DNA of 64,000 bases from Gammaproteobacteria bacterium (GTDB taxonomy: Bacteria > Cyanobacteriota > Vampirovibrionia > Vampirovibrionales > JAJTHC01): contig JBEISK010000002.1 of the NCBI GenBank assembly GCA_040375445.1, positions 30,459 through 94,458 of the forward strand, given 5' to 3'. A model generated the notes under the pieces. The model worked only from the letters and a program-made list of their open reading frames with translations, was not told where the DNA came from and ran no database searches. This document shows, one piece after another, positions 9,705 to 19,678 of the stretch (positions are counted from its first letter, which is position 1; the number at the start of each line of letters is the position of its first letter). The translations under genes and the position numbers were made by a program.

Positions 9705-10205
9705 TTAATACGTTTGAAAATTCACTTGAAGGTGAAAGAGTTCGCCTTCAATGTCGAAAGTCAAAAGCAAGTACGACGTTTCGGGATCGCCTGTTTCAAG
9801 TTCGCTCCCTTCACCTAATACCACGCTTGGCAAAGAAAGGTTGTACATAGTATTGTCTTCTTGGGAAAGGGCGACCTTAGTACGGCCTGAAATCATGTTA
9901 ATGAGTTCGCCCACACCATCAATCATATCTTCACATTGTACGTCTTCTTTTCGAATGCCTAGCAAACGACTGACCATAAGCTTAGTGAGCATTTCACTAA
10001 AGGAAAGGACAAAAATGCCTTCTCCATGATCGCCTGAAATTCCAATAACACTGGAAATATCACCTTGAAACTTGAAGTTTTTGACAGGTTTGACGTCTTG
10101 TAAAGTTACAGAAGTTCCTGCCATGATACCTAAAACATCGGTGACAGAATCCATAAGGTTGTGTACAAGTTTTGCATCTAACGCATTACGAGATTGGGTT
10201 TGCAT
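9705..10205 (-). CDS. cheX: CheX/CheC-family CheY-P phosphatase
   Basis: Contains DGVGELINMISG...(22 aa)...P, which matches the CheC/CheX/FliY consensus D-x3-E-x2-N-x22-P. About 166 aa. Confidence 0.65.
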   Translation of the reverse strand: MQTQSRNALDAKLVHNLMDSVTDVLGIMAGTSVTLQDVKPVKNFKFQGDISSVIGISGDHGEGIFVLSFSEMLTKLMVSRLLGIRKEDVQCEDMIDGVGELINMISGRTKVALSQEDNTMYNLSLPSVVLGEGSELETGDPETSYLLLTFDIEGELFHLQVNFQTY

Positions 10206-10313
10206 TGGGTAGACTCACTTTTACTGGGGGTTGGTTGTGCATTGTACTGGTACATTCGTCAAGAATAAGAAAATACTAAATAGCTTGTTATAGTTTGTTA
10301 CATTTAGAGCAAA

Positions 10314-10703
10314 CTAACCAAAGTTAAGACTTTCTTGTGGAAGACATTCCATCATTTTGGTGAGCAAATCATCTTCTGTAAAGGGCTTAGTTAAGTATTG
10401 AGAGGCTCCTGCTTTAATGGCAGCAATCATTTTTTCACGTTCCCCTTCGGTGGTGACAATCATGACAGGTATGCTCGACAAAGCAGGATCTGCCTTAATC
10501 GCCTTGAGCGTTTCAATGCCGTCGAGATTCGGCATATTACAATCGAGCAAAACGAGTTCCACGTCTTTCGCATGGGCTTTGAGTTGTTCAAGGCATTCCA
10601 AGCCATCGGCGGCTTCGAGTATGTCATAACCCAGTGCTTGGATAGGACCAGTCATAATTTTTCGGATGAGACGAGAATCGTCAACAGATAAAATGTAAGG
10701 CAT
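10314..10703 (-). CDS. cheY: chemotaxis response regulator CheY (second copy)
   Basis: Receiver domain: ILSVDDS...LVLLDCNMPNLDG...KAGASQYLTKPF. Confidence 0.85.
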   Translation of the reverse strand: MPYILSVDDSRLIRKIMTGPIQALGYDILEAADGLECLEQLKAHAKDVELVLLDCNMPNLDGIETLKAIKADPALSSIPVMIVTTEGEREKMIAAIKAGASQYLTKPFTEDDLLTKMMECLPQESLNFG

Positions 10704-10744
10704 AATGAAGAATCCTTGTGTTTATATTTATTAGAAAAGGAGGG

Positions 10745-11614
10745 CTAGCCTCTAAGTCTAAAAACGGTGGTTTTACCAATACTTTGAGGTGTAAATGGGG
10801 TTTGTAAACCTGTTAGGTTTTCAGTGGCTCCTAAAATCAAGTAACCATTGGGTTTAAGCATTTTCGCCAATCGATTAAACAGCAACTGCTTGAATTCGAG
10901 GCTAAAGTAAATCGCTACGTTTCTTAAGCAGATGAGATCAAAGTTTCGACCGATTGACCCGCTTAAGTCTTCACCTAAGTTGGCGATTTTAAAATCACAT
11001 AAGGCTTTGACTTCGTCTCGCACGACGTGGACTCTGCCTTGGGATTCGAAAAACTTTTGCTTACGCCCTGGGCTAATGCCTCGACCCATGGCTAAAATAT
11101 CGTAACGAGCCATTTTAGAAAGGGCAATAGAAGAAGAGGCGACATCTGTGCCTAAAATTTGCACCCGATAGTTGGGAATAATTTCGAGTTGAGGGTGAGC
11201 TTCGGCGTATTCATGCACCAGCATAGCTAAAGAATACGGTTCTTGCCCTGTGGAACAAGCGGCACTCCAAAACTTAAGCGACCCTGAAGGATTTTGCTTC
11301 AGTAAATCAGGCAAAATATCAGACGCTATCGTTTCAAAGGGATGCACATCCCGAAACCATAAGGTTTCTTTGATGGTCATGGCGTCAATCACAAGCGGTC
11401 TAAGCTTTACTTGTGCAGGGGTTTTCATTAATTGAATAAAATCGGTGTAACTGGCACAATTGTATTCAATTAAGGTTTTAAGTAAACGTGTTTCTAAAAG
11501 ATATTGTTTGCTGGCATCAAGCTGAATACCACAAAGTTCTTCAACCAGTAAGCAGAGCTGAAGCAATTCACTCGCTGTCATGGGGTGAATATCGGCATTA
11601 AGGACTGAACACAT
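10745..11614 (-). CDS. cheR: chemotaxis protein methyltransferase
   Basis: CheR N-terminal and SAM methyltransferase domains (TLWFRDVHPFE..., IWSAACSTGQEPYSLAM). Confidence 0.85.
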   Translation of the reverse strand: MCSVLNADIHPMTASELLQLCLLVEELCGIQLDASKQYLLETRLLKTLIEYNCASYTDFIQLMKTPAQVKLRPLVIDAMTIKETLWFRDVHPFETIASDILPDLLKQNPSGSLKFWSAACSTGQEPYSLAMLVHEYAEAHPQLEIIPNYRVQILGTDVASSSIALSKMARYDILAMGRGISPGRKQKFFESQGRVHVVRDEVKALCDFKIANLGEDLSGSIGRNFDLICLRNVAIYFSLEFKQLLFNRLAKMLKPNGYLILGATENLTGLQTPFTPQSIGKTTVFRLRG

Positions 11615-11631
11615 AGGGGGAATACATCCTT

Positions 11632-12291
11632 TTACTGGCTCGCAAGTTCACTGATACGGTGGGCAAGTCCTTCAAGCGTATGAGTTTCATCGCTCATGTG
11701 GGCTTCCACCACCGCTTTAGGCATGCCGTACACCACGCAGGAAGAGGCTTCTTGCGTTAAACAATAGGTGGGGATGCGTTGCTTTAAGTGACTAACACCG
11801 TCGCAACCGTCTCTGCCCATGCCTGTCATAACAACTGCAAGTACACCGTTCTTATAAGTTTGACTCGCCGATTGAAAAAGCACATCCACCGAAGGGCGAC
11901 AAGAACGCACGGGGGCTTCATCACTAAGAACAAGGTAAACACCTGTTTTAGGCTGACGCTCAAACTTTGTGTGTACGCCTCCAGGTGCTAAGTACACGGT
12001 ACCTGCTTGAAGTTTTTCACCGTCTTGCGCTTCTTTAACTTTTAAACGACTGACTTCATTGAGACGTTCCGCTAACCACGCCGTAAAATGCGTAGGCATA
12101 TGTTGCACGATCACAATAGGCGACTTGATATTGGGTGAAAGCTTTTCAAGTAAGACCGTTAAGGCAACAGGCCCCCCTGTTGAAATACCAATGACGACAA
12201 CTTCAAAATGAGAGGGCATCGCTTGCCTCCCACTTCCGTGCAGTGACGTCTGTATATGGGTGGTAGATGATGAAGGAAGTGTAGTCAACAC
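11632..12291 (-). CDS. cheB: chemotaxis protein-glutamate methylesterase, catalytic domain only (no receiver domain)
   Basis: VVVIGISTGGP...IVIVQHMPTHFT...GMGRDG catalytic motifs. Only 219 aa, with no N-terminal REC domain. Confidence 0.85.
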   Translation of the reverse strand: MLTTLPSSSTTHIQTSLHGSGRQAMPSHFEVVVIGISTGGPVALTVLLEKLSPNIKSPIVIVQHMPTHFTAWLAERLNEVSRLKVKEAQDGEKLQAGTVYLAPGGVHTKFERQPKTGVYLVLSDEAPVRSCRPSVDVLFQSASQTYKNGVLAVVMTGMGRDGCDGVSHLKQRIPTYCLTQEASSCVVYGMPKAVVEAHMSDETHTLEGLAHRISELASQ

Positions 12292-12326
12292 ATAAACCTC
12301 TTTTCATAAAGTGCGGTTACGTTGTA

Positions 12327-12803
12327 CTAAACAATCGTCAAAGAAGCGTGTAAAGCTTCTTTTATAATGTTTGACATATTCAGGACCGTCACAATCCCTT
12401 CAGGTCGTTTCAATACCGCTTCAATCCAACGAGCGTCCAACTCATTGAGATTGGCAGGCGGTGCATCCAATTCAGATTCAAAATAAGGCAATACCTCGCC
12501 AATAGCATCGACACTAAAGCCAGTGCGATCGGTTGGGGAAAGCCCTTCTTGGGCATAGGCTTCATTGCGTAAAATGATGTTGTATTTACCGTATTGTAGC
12601 TTTAAAGACGATTGCTTGAAGATTTTAGTCAAATCCACCAAGGTCACAATTTGCCCACGTAAATTGATTAAGCCTTGTACATAAGGCATGGCTAAAGGCA
12701 CAGAAGTATATTCCATTTGTGGAATGATTTCTCGCACATCTAGCAGAGGAATTCCACAGGTGATGCCACCAAACTTAAAAGTAATGAGTTTCTGTTCTAA
12801 CAT
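12327..12803 (-). CDS. cheW: chemotaxis coupling protein CheW
   Basis: 158 aa CheW-like domain (VREIIPQMEYTSVPLAMPYVQGLINLRGQIVTLVDL). Confidence 0.85.
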   Translation of the reverse strand: MLEQKLITFKFGGITCGIPLLDVREIIPQMEYTSVPLAMPYVQGLINLRGQIVTLVDLTKIFKQSSLKLQYGKYNIILRNEAYAQEGLSPTDRTGFSVDAIGEVLPYFESELDAPPANLNELDARWIEAVLKRPEGIVTVLNMSNIIKEALHASLTIV

Positions 12804-12846
12804 AAACGAATATTTTTCCTATTCACTAACATAATTGGCTGAATAA

Positions 12847-15552
12847 CTAAAAAGCACCTGCAAAACTAGGGGATACCTCAACTCCTGCACGCTTCAAAAG
12901 GGCATTCATATGAAGTAGAAGTGTAACACGTTCTTGAATTAGGGCAGAACCATACAGGCACGGTTCTTCAATTAAGTCTGTGTCTAATCGATAGTCCACT
13001 TCCAAGCTGTCGATAATATCCGCCACCCAAATACCGACTTTACCTTTGCCTGCTAAGGGTAAAACGAGGTATCCATTTTCGTCGTCTAGGTTTGACGTTC
13101 TTACGTTTAAGTACTGTTCTAGGCGAATAATGGAAATGGTTTCGTTATGCACACGCACAAATTCACGAGTACCGACGGATTCTATGTTCTTGGCTTTAAT
13201 ATATTCTAGCCGCAAGACTTCCGCTAAAGGTACGGCAAAGGGTTCTTGCGGATGATTCTGGAATAATAAGACCGATTGCTTTTCAAGTAAGGGAGACAAC
13301 AGGTTCCCTGCGGCATCAAATTCAAACCCATAACCATTCGTGGTTCCTTGACGTTCTTTTATAAGCTCTTGGCGACGCGATTGTTCTGTTTGTACACCGC
13401 TAAAGTCTAGTTCGCTTTGTGTGGCAATGCCAACAACATCGCAAATCATGGCGACTGAACCGTCACCCATAATGGTGGTTCCGCTAAAGGCACGTACATT
13501 TTTAATGAGGGTCGATAAGGGTTTTACGACAATATCCTCAATGTCATAGGCTTCATCCACAATTAAGCCGTATTGATTGATACCTACGCTTAAGACCAAT
13601 AAGGTGTAATCACTTTCAGGGGCTTGACGTCTAATTTCAGGGATCTGTTCAATCGCCACGGGGTCATTAAAACGAGTATCTTCAATATTACGACGAGCTT
13701 CATTAGGCTTTTTAAGATTTAGCACATCCTCTAGCTTCACTAAGGGCAACCAGTTGCCTCTTAAGCGTAAGACAGACGCTTCACCAATCCGTTCAATACG
13801 TTGATGCACTTCATTCGCTTTTACACGAACCAATTCAAGTAGATTCACGCGAGGCACTGCAAAGCGTTCTTCGCCCACGCCCACCACCAAGCATGGAATA
13901 ATCGCCAAAGTCAAGGGCAATTGTAAGACCACCGCTGAACCTTTACCTAGGGTGGATTCCAAATACACATGACCCCCTAAGGTTTCAATGTTGGATCGTA
14001 CCACATCCATACCCACACCACGACCAGAAAGATCGGTGACCGCTTCAGCGGTGGAAAGCCCCGCATGAAAAATAAGGTTTAATTTTTCTTGATGACTTAA
14101 ATCGTCAAATTCTGCTTGACTCATTACACCATTAGCAATGGCTTTACGTCCCAAGGCATTTGTGTCAATACCTTTCCCGTCATCTTCAATTCGCAAATGA
14201 ATCTGCCCAGCTTCATGAAAAGCATGTAAGGTAATGGTCCCTGAAGGAGATTTGCCTGCTTCTTTTCGCTTTTCAGGCGATTCAATCCCATGATCACAAG
14301 CATTACGGATCATATGCGTCAAAGGGTCACTCAAACCTTCTAAAATGCTTTTGTCGAGTTCTACATCTTGCCCGATCATTTGTAGCTGGATTTTTTTATT
14401 CAATTGCTTGGAAAGATCACGAACAATCCGGGGGAAGCGGCGAAATACATTTTCGATCGGCTGCATACGAGTTTGCATAATATGATCTTGCAACTGATTG
14501 GTAACGGTATTGATACTGTCTAGCACTTGTGCAAAACTTTCGTTTTTTGTGCTAAGTTGTTTGTCTGACTGAACGGCACGCATGAGTTGATTACGAGCGA
14601 GTACCAATTCCCCGGCGAAATCCATGAGCGTATTCAATAAATCCACTCTCACACGAAGCGTGTCATAAATGACTTCAGTTGTTGAAGTGCTAGGAGCTTC
14701 CACTTTGATTTCTGGAGTTTCATTATAAAATTGAGCATCTGTTTGTGTGGCAGGAAGGGCTTCATCTATAATCGGCACTTCATAATCGCCCAATTGTTCT
14801 CCTTCTAAGTCTAGGGCATGAAGCACCAAATCTTTTTCTAAGACGGTTGAAAACAACACATTAAAAGTCGGAGGCGGGGCATCACTTTCAAATTCTGAAA
14901 CCGTACTAGCCAGTAGCGTGCCAACCGATTCGATATTAGCAATAAAATCATTGTAACTACGGTGCATATTAAATAAATGTAAGTTCGTGTCCAATGTTGC
15001 CACATAGACAAACTGACCGATGCGTTTCGCTTTTTCTAAACAGTCGGTTTCAACACAAAGGAGGTTATCCACCTTGACAGGATTACGGTTGGCTCTTGAC
15101 TCATCTGTACTTGAATCAATCTTAGGTAAAGTAACAGCATTAGAGCCGGCTTGATAAGGCGTGTCCGCCTTCGTGTAATGCGTTAAAGCTTGTTCTAAGA
15201 CGGCTGTGTCTAAGCCTTCACTTCGATAGATGTCTTCTACCATAACATTCAATAAATCCACACCCATCAATAAAGGTTCTACCACATGAGGGTGAGGAAT
15301 CAAAACGCCGTCTCTTACACGCATGAGAACGCTTTCCATAAGGTGAGACACTTGCTTCAGCCGTTCAAAGCCAAAAAAGCCTGAGGCTCCCTTAATACTG
15401 TGAATGGCTCTAAATATGCGGTTGACGATTTCTTGGCTCACCTGAGGAGCTTGCTTTTCAAGCGCCAATAAATCTGGCTCAATGGACTCAAGGTGTTCAG
15501 CACTTTCGCTCAGAAAGTCTTGAAGAAGGGAATCGTCTTGATGTTCGCTCAT
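12847..15552 (-). CDS. cheA: chemotaxis histidine kinase CheA with two C-terminal CheW-like domains
   Basis: Hpt/P1 domain (IFRAIHSIKGASGFFGF), P3 dimerisation, HATPase (IRNACDHGIE...GRGVGMDVV), then two successive CheW-like domains. No receiver domain. Confidence 0.9.
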   Translation of the reverse strand: MSEHQDDSLLQDFLSESAEHLESIEPDLLALEKQAPQVSQEIVNRIFRAIHSIKGASGFFGFERLKQVSHLMESVLMRVRDGVLIPHPHVVEPLLMGVDLLNVMVEDIYRSEGLDTAVLEQALTHYTKADTPYQAGSNAVTLPKIDSSTDESRANRNPVKVDNLLCVETDCLEKAKRIGQFVYVATLDTNLHLFNMHRSYNDFIANIESVGTLLASTVSEFESDAPPPTFNVLFSTVLEKDLVLHALDLEGEQLGDYEVPIIDEALPATQTDAQFYNETPEIKVEAPSTSTTEVIYDTLRVRVDLLNTLMDFAGELVLARNQLMRAVQSDKQLSTKNESFAQVLDSINTVTNQLQDHIMQTRMQPIENVFRRFPRIVRDLSKQLNKKIQLQMIGQDVELDKSILEGLSDPLTHMIRNACDHGIESPEKRKEAGKSPSGTITLHAFHEAGQIHLRIEDDGKGIDTNALGRKAIANGVMSQAEFDDLSHQEKLNLIFHAGLSTAEAVTDLSGRGVGMDVVRSNIETLGGHVYLESTLGKGSAVVLQLPLTLAIIPCLVVGVGEERFAVPRVNLLELVRVKANEVHQRIERIGEASVLRLRGNWLPLVKLEDVLNLKKPNEARRNIEDTRFNDPVAIEQIPEIRRQAPESDYTLLVLSVGINQYGLIVDEAYDIEDIVVKPLSTLIKNVRAFSGTTIMGDGSVAMICDVVGIATQSELDFSGVQTEQSRRQELIKERQGTTNGYGFEFDAAGNLLSPLLEKQSVLLFQNHPQEPFAVPLAEVLRLEYIKAKNIESVGTREFVRVHNETISIIRLEQYLNVRTSNLDDENGYLVLPLAGKGKVGIWVADIIDSLEVDYRLDTDLIEEPCLYGSALIQERVTLLLHMNALLKRAGVEVSPSFAGAF

Positions 15553-15754
15553 TAGGGGGGACCCTTATATTGAAAAGTATAATAGTGAATAGATTCCACT
15601 ATAAACAATGACTTTCTTTCATTGTAGAGGTGCTTACCTTCATTGTAGAAAGTCGCACGTCCTTTTCAATCATTCGAAGGATGAATGTTCTCTATATATT
15701 TAAGGATACGTTTAAAATACTTCGATTAAAGGAGGATTCTTTATATAGCCGAGT

Positions 15755-16405
15755 TTATAAATCCCAAAGTCCTTTTTGGGATGCTTTTGCCTGTGCTTCG
15801 ATTGCCTTCATCTCGTCTTGATGAGCAACATTCGGAGCATAAATCATGACCTTTGCTAGCCCTAATTTCAACAAGCCTTCATTAACGCTTTCGCCACCTT
15901 TTTCCTGTAAATACACCCACGCCAAGGTTCTGCCGTAACGATCCCTTATTTTTTTGTCAAACGCTAAGTAAACGACCTTCGCTTCGGTCATTTTTTTGGT
16001 ATAGGCCAGGGCTTCTAAGCCAAAGGGTTGAGCCTTGCCTGTGGGGTTTCGCTTGGAACGCTTGGTTTCGGGGGTGTCCACTTGCAAGAAACGAATTTTT
16101 TCGTTTGGGGATTCAATCAAGCCGTTGCCGTTTAAGTCGCAAGAAATCGTGTCGCCATCGATAATTTTGAGGACTTGGCAAGGCTTACGCTCCGTGAGTG
16201 ATTCGTGCAGAATCGGCGTTTGAGTGTTTGATTTGTCTTGATAAGTAGCTCTTGCAGGGCTTTTTTGTTTTGACGTGCTTGACGCACTAGGTTTAAAGCG
16301 TGGTGTCAAATTAAACCAGTCATTCGGCAACAGAACGACCCCGATAAAAAGAACCAATATCAGAATAGAGCGTTTTCGTAATGTTTTCAAGAAATCTTTT
16401 TTCAC
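15755..16405 (-). CDS. secreted or membrane-anchored thermonuclease (SNase-like)
   Basis: N-terminal hydrophobic segment, then the staphylococcal nuclease fold: IDGDTISC...IRFLQVDTPET...RYGRTLAWVY. Confidence 0.7.
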   Translation of the reverse strand: MKKDFLKTLRKRSILILVLFIGVVLLPNDWFNLTPRFKPSASSTSKQKSPARATYQDKSNTQTPILHESLTERKPCQVLKIIDGDTISCDLNGNGLIESPNEKIRFLQVDTPETKRSKRNPTGKAQPFGLEALAYTKKMTEAKVVYLAFDKKIRDRYGRTLAWVYLQEKGGESVNEGLLKLGLAKVMIYAPNVAHQDEMKAIEAQAKASQKGLWDL

Positions 16406-16434
16406 AGCAATGGGTCTCTACTTGCCAAAAGTAC

Positions 16435-16465
16435 AAAAGCCCTTATTTTTTGAGTAAGGGCTTTT
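16435..16465. terminator. bidirectional stem-loop terminator between the SNase-like gene and korB
   Basis: aaaagccctta-ttttttgag-taagggctttt, with T-runs on both sides. Confidence 0.5.
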
Positions 16466-16489
16466 GAAATATCTAACGGTCTAAATCAC

Positions 16490-17494
16490 CTAAACCACAA
16501 ACTCTTCGCAAGCGGAGGAGAGATCCGTGTTGGCGATCATGTTGTCGTCATGGAACGGCACATCCATTGGGGCGTATTCACGCAACAAGGGTATGTTCGT
16601 TTCTAAACGATCCGCATAGGTGGGCAAGCTGACTTTCCAGTAAGTGCCTAAAACCACACGATCCGTTAATTTGTACGCTTCCGCAATAGCGGCGATTTTC
16701 TTGGCTTGATACGCTTCTAAATCCGTCGCATCTTCCACAAAGCCGTTATAGCCTGTTTCTTCCAAGTACTGTAAACGAGGCAACTCGCTTTGACCTGAAT
16801 TCACCGTTTCCGTATAGTATTCTTTCGGGTGCAAGTCATTGTAGGTCGGGCAAGGTTGATGAACATCCACCAAGCTAACCCCACGATGGTTAATTGCATC
16901 CATAATCGTTTGCTTGAGATGCTTGGCATCAAAGGCGTAAGAACGAGCGACAAAGGTGTAACCTGAAGCAATCGCCAAAGCAAGTGGGTTAATGGCTTGC
17001 GAAATGTGAGGTAACGCCAAGCTCTTAGGTTGCATGCCTACTTCTAAAGTCGGAGAAGCCTGCCCTTTGGTCAGCCCATAGACTTCGTTGTCAAAAACAA
17101 TGTAGGTAATATCTACATTACGACGACCCGCATGTATAAAGTGCCCAGCCCCAATTCCGTAACCGTCTCCATCGCCCCCTGTGGCGATGACCACGTTATT
17201 AGGATTGGCGATTTTAGCACCTAAAGCGTAAGGCAACACACGTCCGTGAAGAGTGTGAATACCGTAAGCTTGAAGGTATTGAGCCGATTTGCCTGAACAG
17301 CCGATGCCTGCAAAGAACTCAACCTTCCAAGGCTGAAGTTGCAGTTCCGAAACGGCTTGCTGAATGGCATTCACGATACCGAAATCCCCACAACCCGGAC
17401 ACCAGTCAGGGTTTTTATCGGAACGCAATTGAAAGGGCTTCAATTTAACGCCCAAAGTTGGGAATGTTTGTTCTGTTTGTTGCTTAGTGGCCAT
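16490..17494 (-). CDS. korB: 2-oxoacid:ferredoxin oxidoreductase beta subunit (TPP-binding)
   Basis: CPGCGDFGIVNAIQQA, GGDGDGYGIGAGHF, and YIVFDNEVYGLTKGQASPT motifs. Confidence 0.85.
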   Translation of the reverse strand: MATKQQTEQTFPTLGVKLKPFQLRSDKNPDWCPGCGDFGIVNAIQQAVSELQLQPWKVEFFAGIGCSGKSAQYLQAYGIHTLHGRVLPYALGAKIANPNNVVIATGGDGDGYGIGAGHFIHAGRRNVDITYIVFDNEVYGLTKGQASPTLEVGMQPKSLALPHISQAINPLALAIASGYTFVARSYAFDAKHLKQTIMDAINHRGVSLVDVHQPCPTYNDLHPKEYYTETVNSGQSELPRLQYLEETGYNGFVEDATDLEAYQAKKIAAIAEAYKLTDRVVLGTYWKVSLPTYADRLETNIPLLREYAPMDVPFHDDNMIANTDLSSACEEFVV

Positions 17495-19328
17495 TGATCA
17501 GCACCACCTTTCTTGATTGCTTTTCTTGCACTTCTTTAACGGCTTCTAAAATCTCACATTGTGAGAAAGGACGCCCCGTGTATTTCACGGCTTTATGCTC
17601 AATATCAATACCTGTTTCTTGACGAATCAATTTCGCCAACTGATTGGTGAAATTGCTTTCAATAATCAGACGCTGTTTGGCCTTGTTTAAAATACGTGTA
17701 ATGGCATCCACAGGGAAGGGAGACATCAAGCGAATATGCAAGTAATTGACGGATTTGCCTTGCTCTTTGAAGCGATCCAAGGCATCTAAGACGGCCCCTT
17801 TCGTTGAACCCCAACCAATAATGGTAAGATCCGCGTTTTCAGGGCCGTACATTTTAAACTGCAAGTGTTCAGGAATTTCATTCGCTGCAGTAACCAGTTT
17901 TCTAGCACGCTTTTCCATCATTTGCATACGAATCGCAGGCTCTTCTGTAATAAAGCCGTATTCGGTATGCTCGTCACCTGTTAAGAAGTGAATACCACCT
18001 GGTGTACCAGGAATCGGACGTGGGGAAATGCCGTCTTCGGTGATTTGGAAGCGTGGGAACTTCGGCAAACCTGTGGACGGATCCGCAGGATCGTAAGAAT
18101 CCACTTTGGTGACTCGCTTACCACGATCGACACGCAAGCCTTGATCCGCAAACTTCTTAATGCTTTGTGTGGAGTTCGCCAAGGCTTTGTCCACCAAAAC
18201 AATAACAGGGGTTTGGTAACGTTCTGCGAAGTTGAAGCAGTTGAAGCCATCTTCAAAACATTCTTCCATGTCACCTGGAGACAAAACGATTTTAGGGAAG
18301 TCGCCGTGACCAATGTTCACCGCAAACAATAAGTCGCCTTGTTCACTACGGGTGGGCAAGCCTGTTGAAGGGCCTCCACGCATGTAGTTGAAGATAACGG
18401 TCGGCACTTCGTTCATGCCTGCCCAGCCGATGCCTTCGGCTTTCAAGCAGAATCCAGGGCCTGAAGTCGCGGTTGCCACTCGAGCCCCTGTAACGGCTGC
18501 ACCGTTTGCCATGTTGATCGAAGCGATTTCATCTTCGGCTTGATAAACCACAATGCCGTATTCGCTATGCTGTTCCAAGTAGATACATTCATCAACCGCA
18601 GGGGTAATGGAATAGTACGTTTGAAAACGCATGCCTGCTTTAAGCTTACCAATACCACACGCCGCCGCACCGTTCATCAACAAACGTGATTCAGCATCAG
18701 GCTTGTTGGGCTGTTCTTGCATTTGGTACTTAAAGTCTTGGGCATGAGCAATGGCTTTAATGGCTTCATACGCCTTAATGCCTGCTTTTAGGTTGATGCC
18801 CACCAGTTTGGATTTTTTGCCGTGGAACAAGCCTTTAAGGGCTTCTTCAAGGACATCCACACCCACGCCGTACAAAGCGAGAGACGCCGCTACGGAAATG
18901 GTGTTTTTGACAATCGCCAATTTCGCTGCGGGCTTGCCTTCTTCTTCGGCGAGTTCACGGATGATACCTTCATAGTCTAAAGGGAAAAGCTTAACACTGG
19001 CATCCATTTCAAGCACTTCAGGCTTGGTCAAACCAGGATCGTAAATCAACGCCCCTTCAGGCATAATTTCGTGGGCATGAATGACTGCGGTGGAATCTTC
19101 AAAGGTCGCTAGCATATGAATGGGATCAATATGCGAACGCACCACATCGTGACTGGCACGAATTTGGAAGTAACTATGCTTCCCTTTAATGTTTGAGTGA
19201 TATTCACGCTTACCGTAGACCCAGAATCCAGCAACCGCCATTGCACGGGCAAATAAGGTTGCTGAAGAATCGACGCCACTACCTTGTGGGCCACCAATCA
19301 TCCAGCTTGTTTCAGTTATTCGACTCAT
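17484..19328 (-). CDS. korA: 2-oxoacid:ferredoxin oxidoreductase alpha subunit with fused gamma domain
   Basis: N-terminal gamma-like domain (GGPQGSGVDSSATLFARAM), then the alpha transketolase-like domains. Overlaps korB by 11 nt, suggesting translational coupling. Confidence 0.85.
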   Translation of the reverse strand: MSRITETSWMIGGPQGSGVDSSATLFARAMAVAGFWVYGKREYHSNIKGKHSYFQIRASHDVVRSHIDPIHMLATFEDSTAVIHAHEIMPEGALIYDPGLTKPEVLEMDASVKLFPLDYEGIIRELAEEEGKPAAKLAIVKNTISVAASLALYGVGVDVLEEALKGLFHGKKSKLVGINLKAGIKAYEAIKAIAHAQDFKYQMQEQPNKPDAESRLLMNGAAACGIGKLKAGMRFQTYYSITPAVDECIYLEQHSEYGIVVYQAEDEIASINMANGAAVTGARVATATSGPGFCLKAEGIGWAGMNEVPTVIFNYMRGGPSTGLPTRSEQGDLLFAVNIGHGDFPKIVLSPGDMEECFEDGFNCFNFAERYQTPVIVLVDKALANSTQSIKKFADQGLRVDRGKRVTKVDSYDPADPSTGLPKFPRFQITEDGISPRPIPGTPGGIHFLTGDEHTEYGFITEEPAIRMQMMEKRARKLVTAANEIPEHLQFKMYGPENADLTIIGWGSTKGAVLDALDRFKEQGKSVNYLHIRLMSPFPVDAITRILNKAKQRLIIESNFTNQLAKLIRQETGIDIEHKAVKYTGRPFSQCEILEAVKEVQEKQSRKVVLINGH

Positions 19329-19678
19329 AGAACAACATCCTTGGGCATTAAGCCACCGTCTTAAAATCCCCGATCGTGGGGATGAGACACGTTTGTAACT
19401 GTCATAATAGGTTGGATGCCTTACTTTCTCTCATCTGCACGAAGGCTTATTTGAGGAAGCAAGAGACAAAACCCCTATGTTTAACAAATCTAGTGTAGCA
19501 CAGCCTTAAAATAGAGCAAACCTTTTTCTTGAAATCCACTGATTGTAGGGTTTTTGAAATTCAAATTTACGTTTCGTTACATTTAGGCAATTCATTCCCA
19601 CCAAATGACTTTATTAGTTCACAGTTACATCCATTTTAGCAACGTGCTATCCTTTTTTAGCACAGGGACTTTTGGCAT

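Noticed and set aside
17746-18332. ORFs of 81-114 aa on both strands inside korA
   Set aside because: They are embedded in and out of frame with the strongly supported korA CDS.
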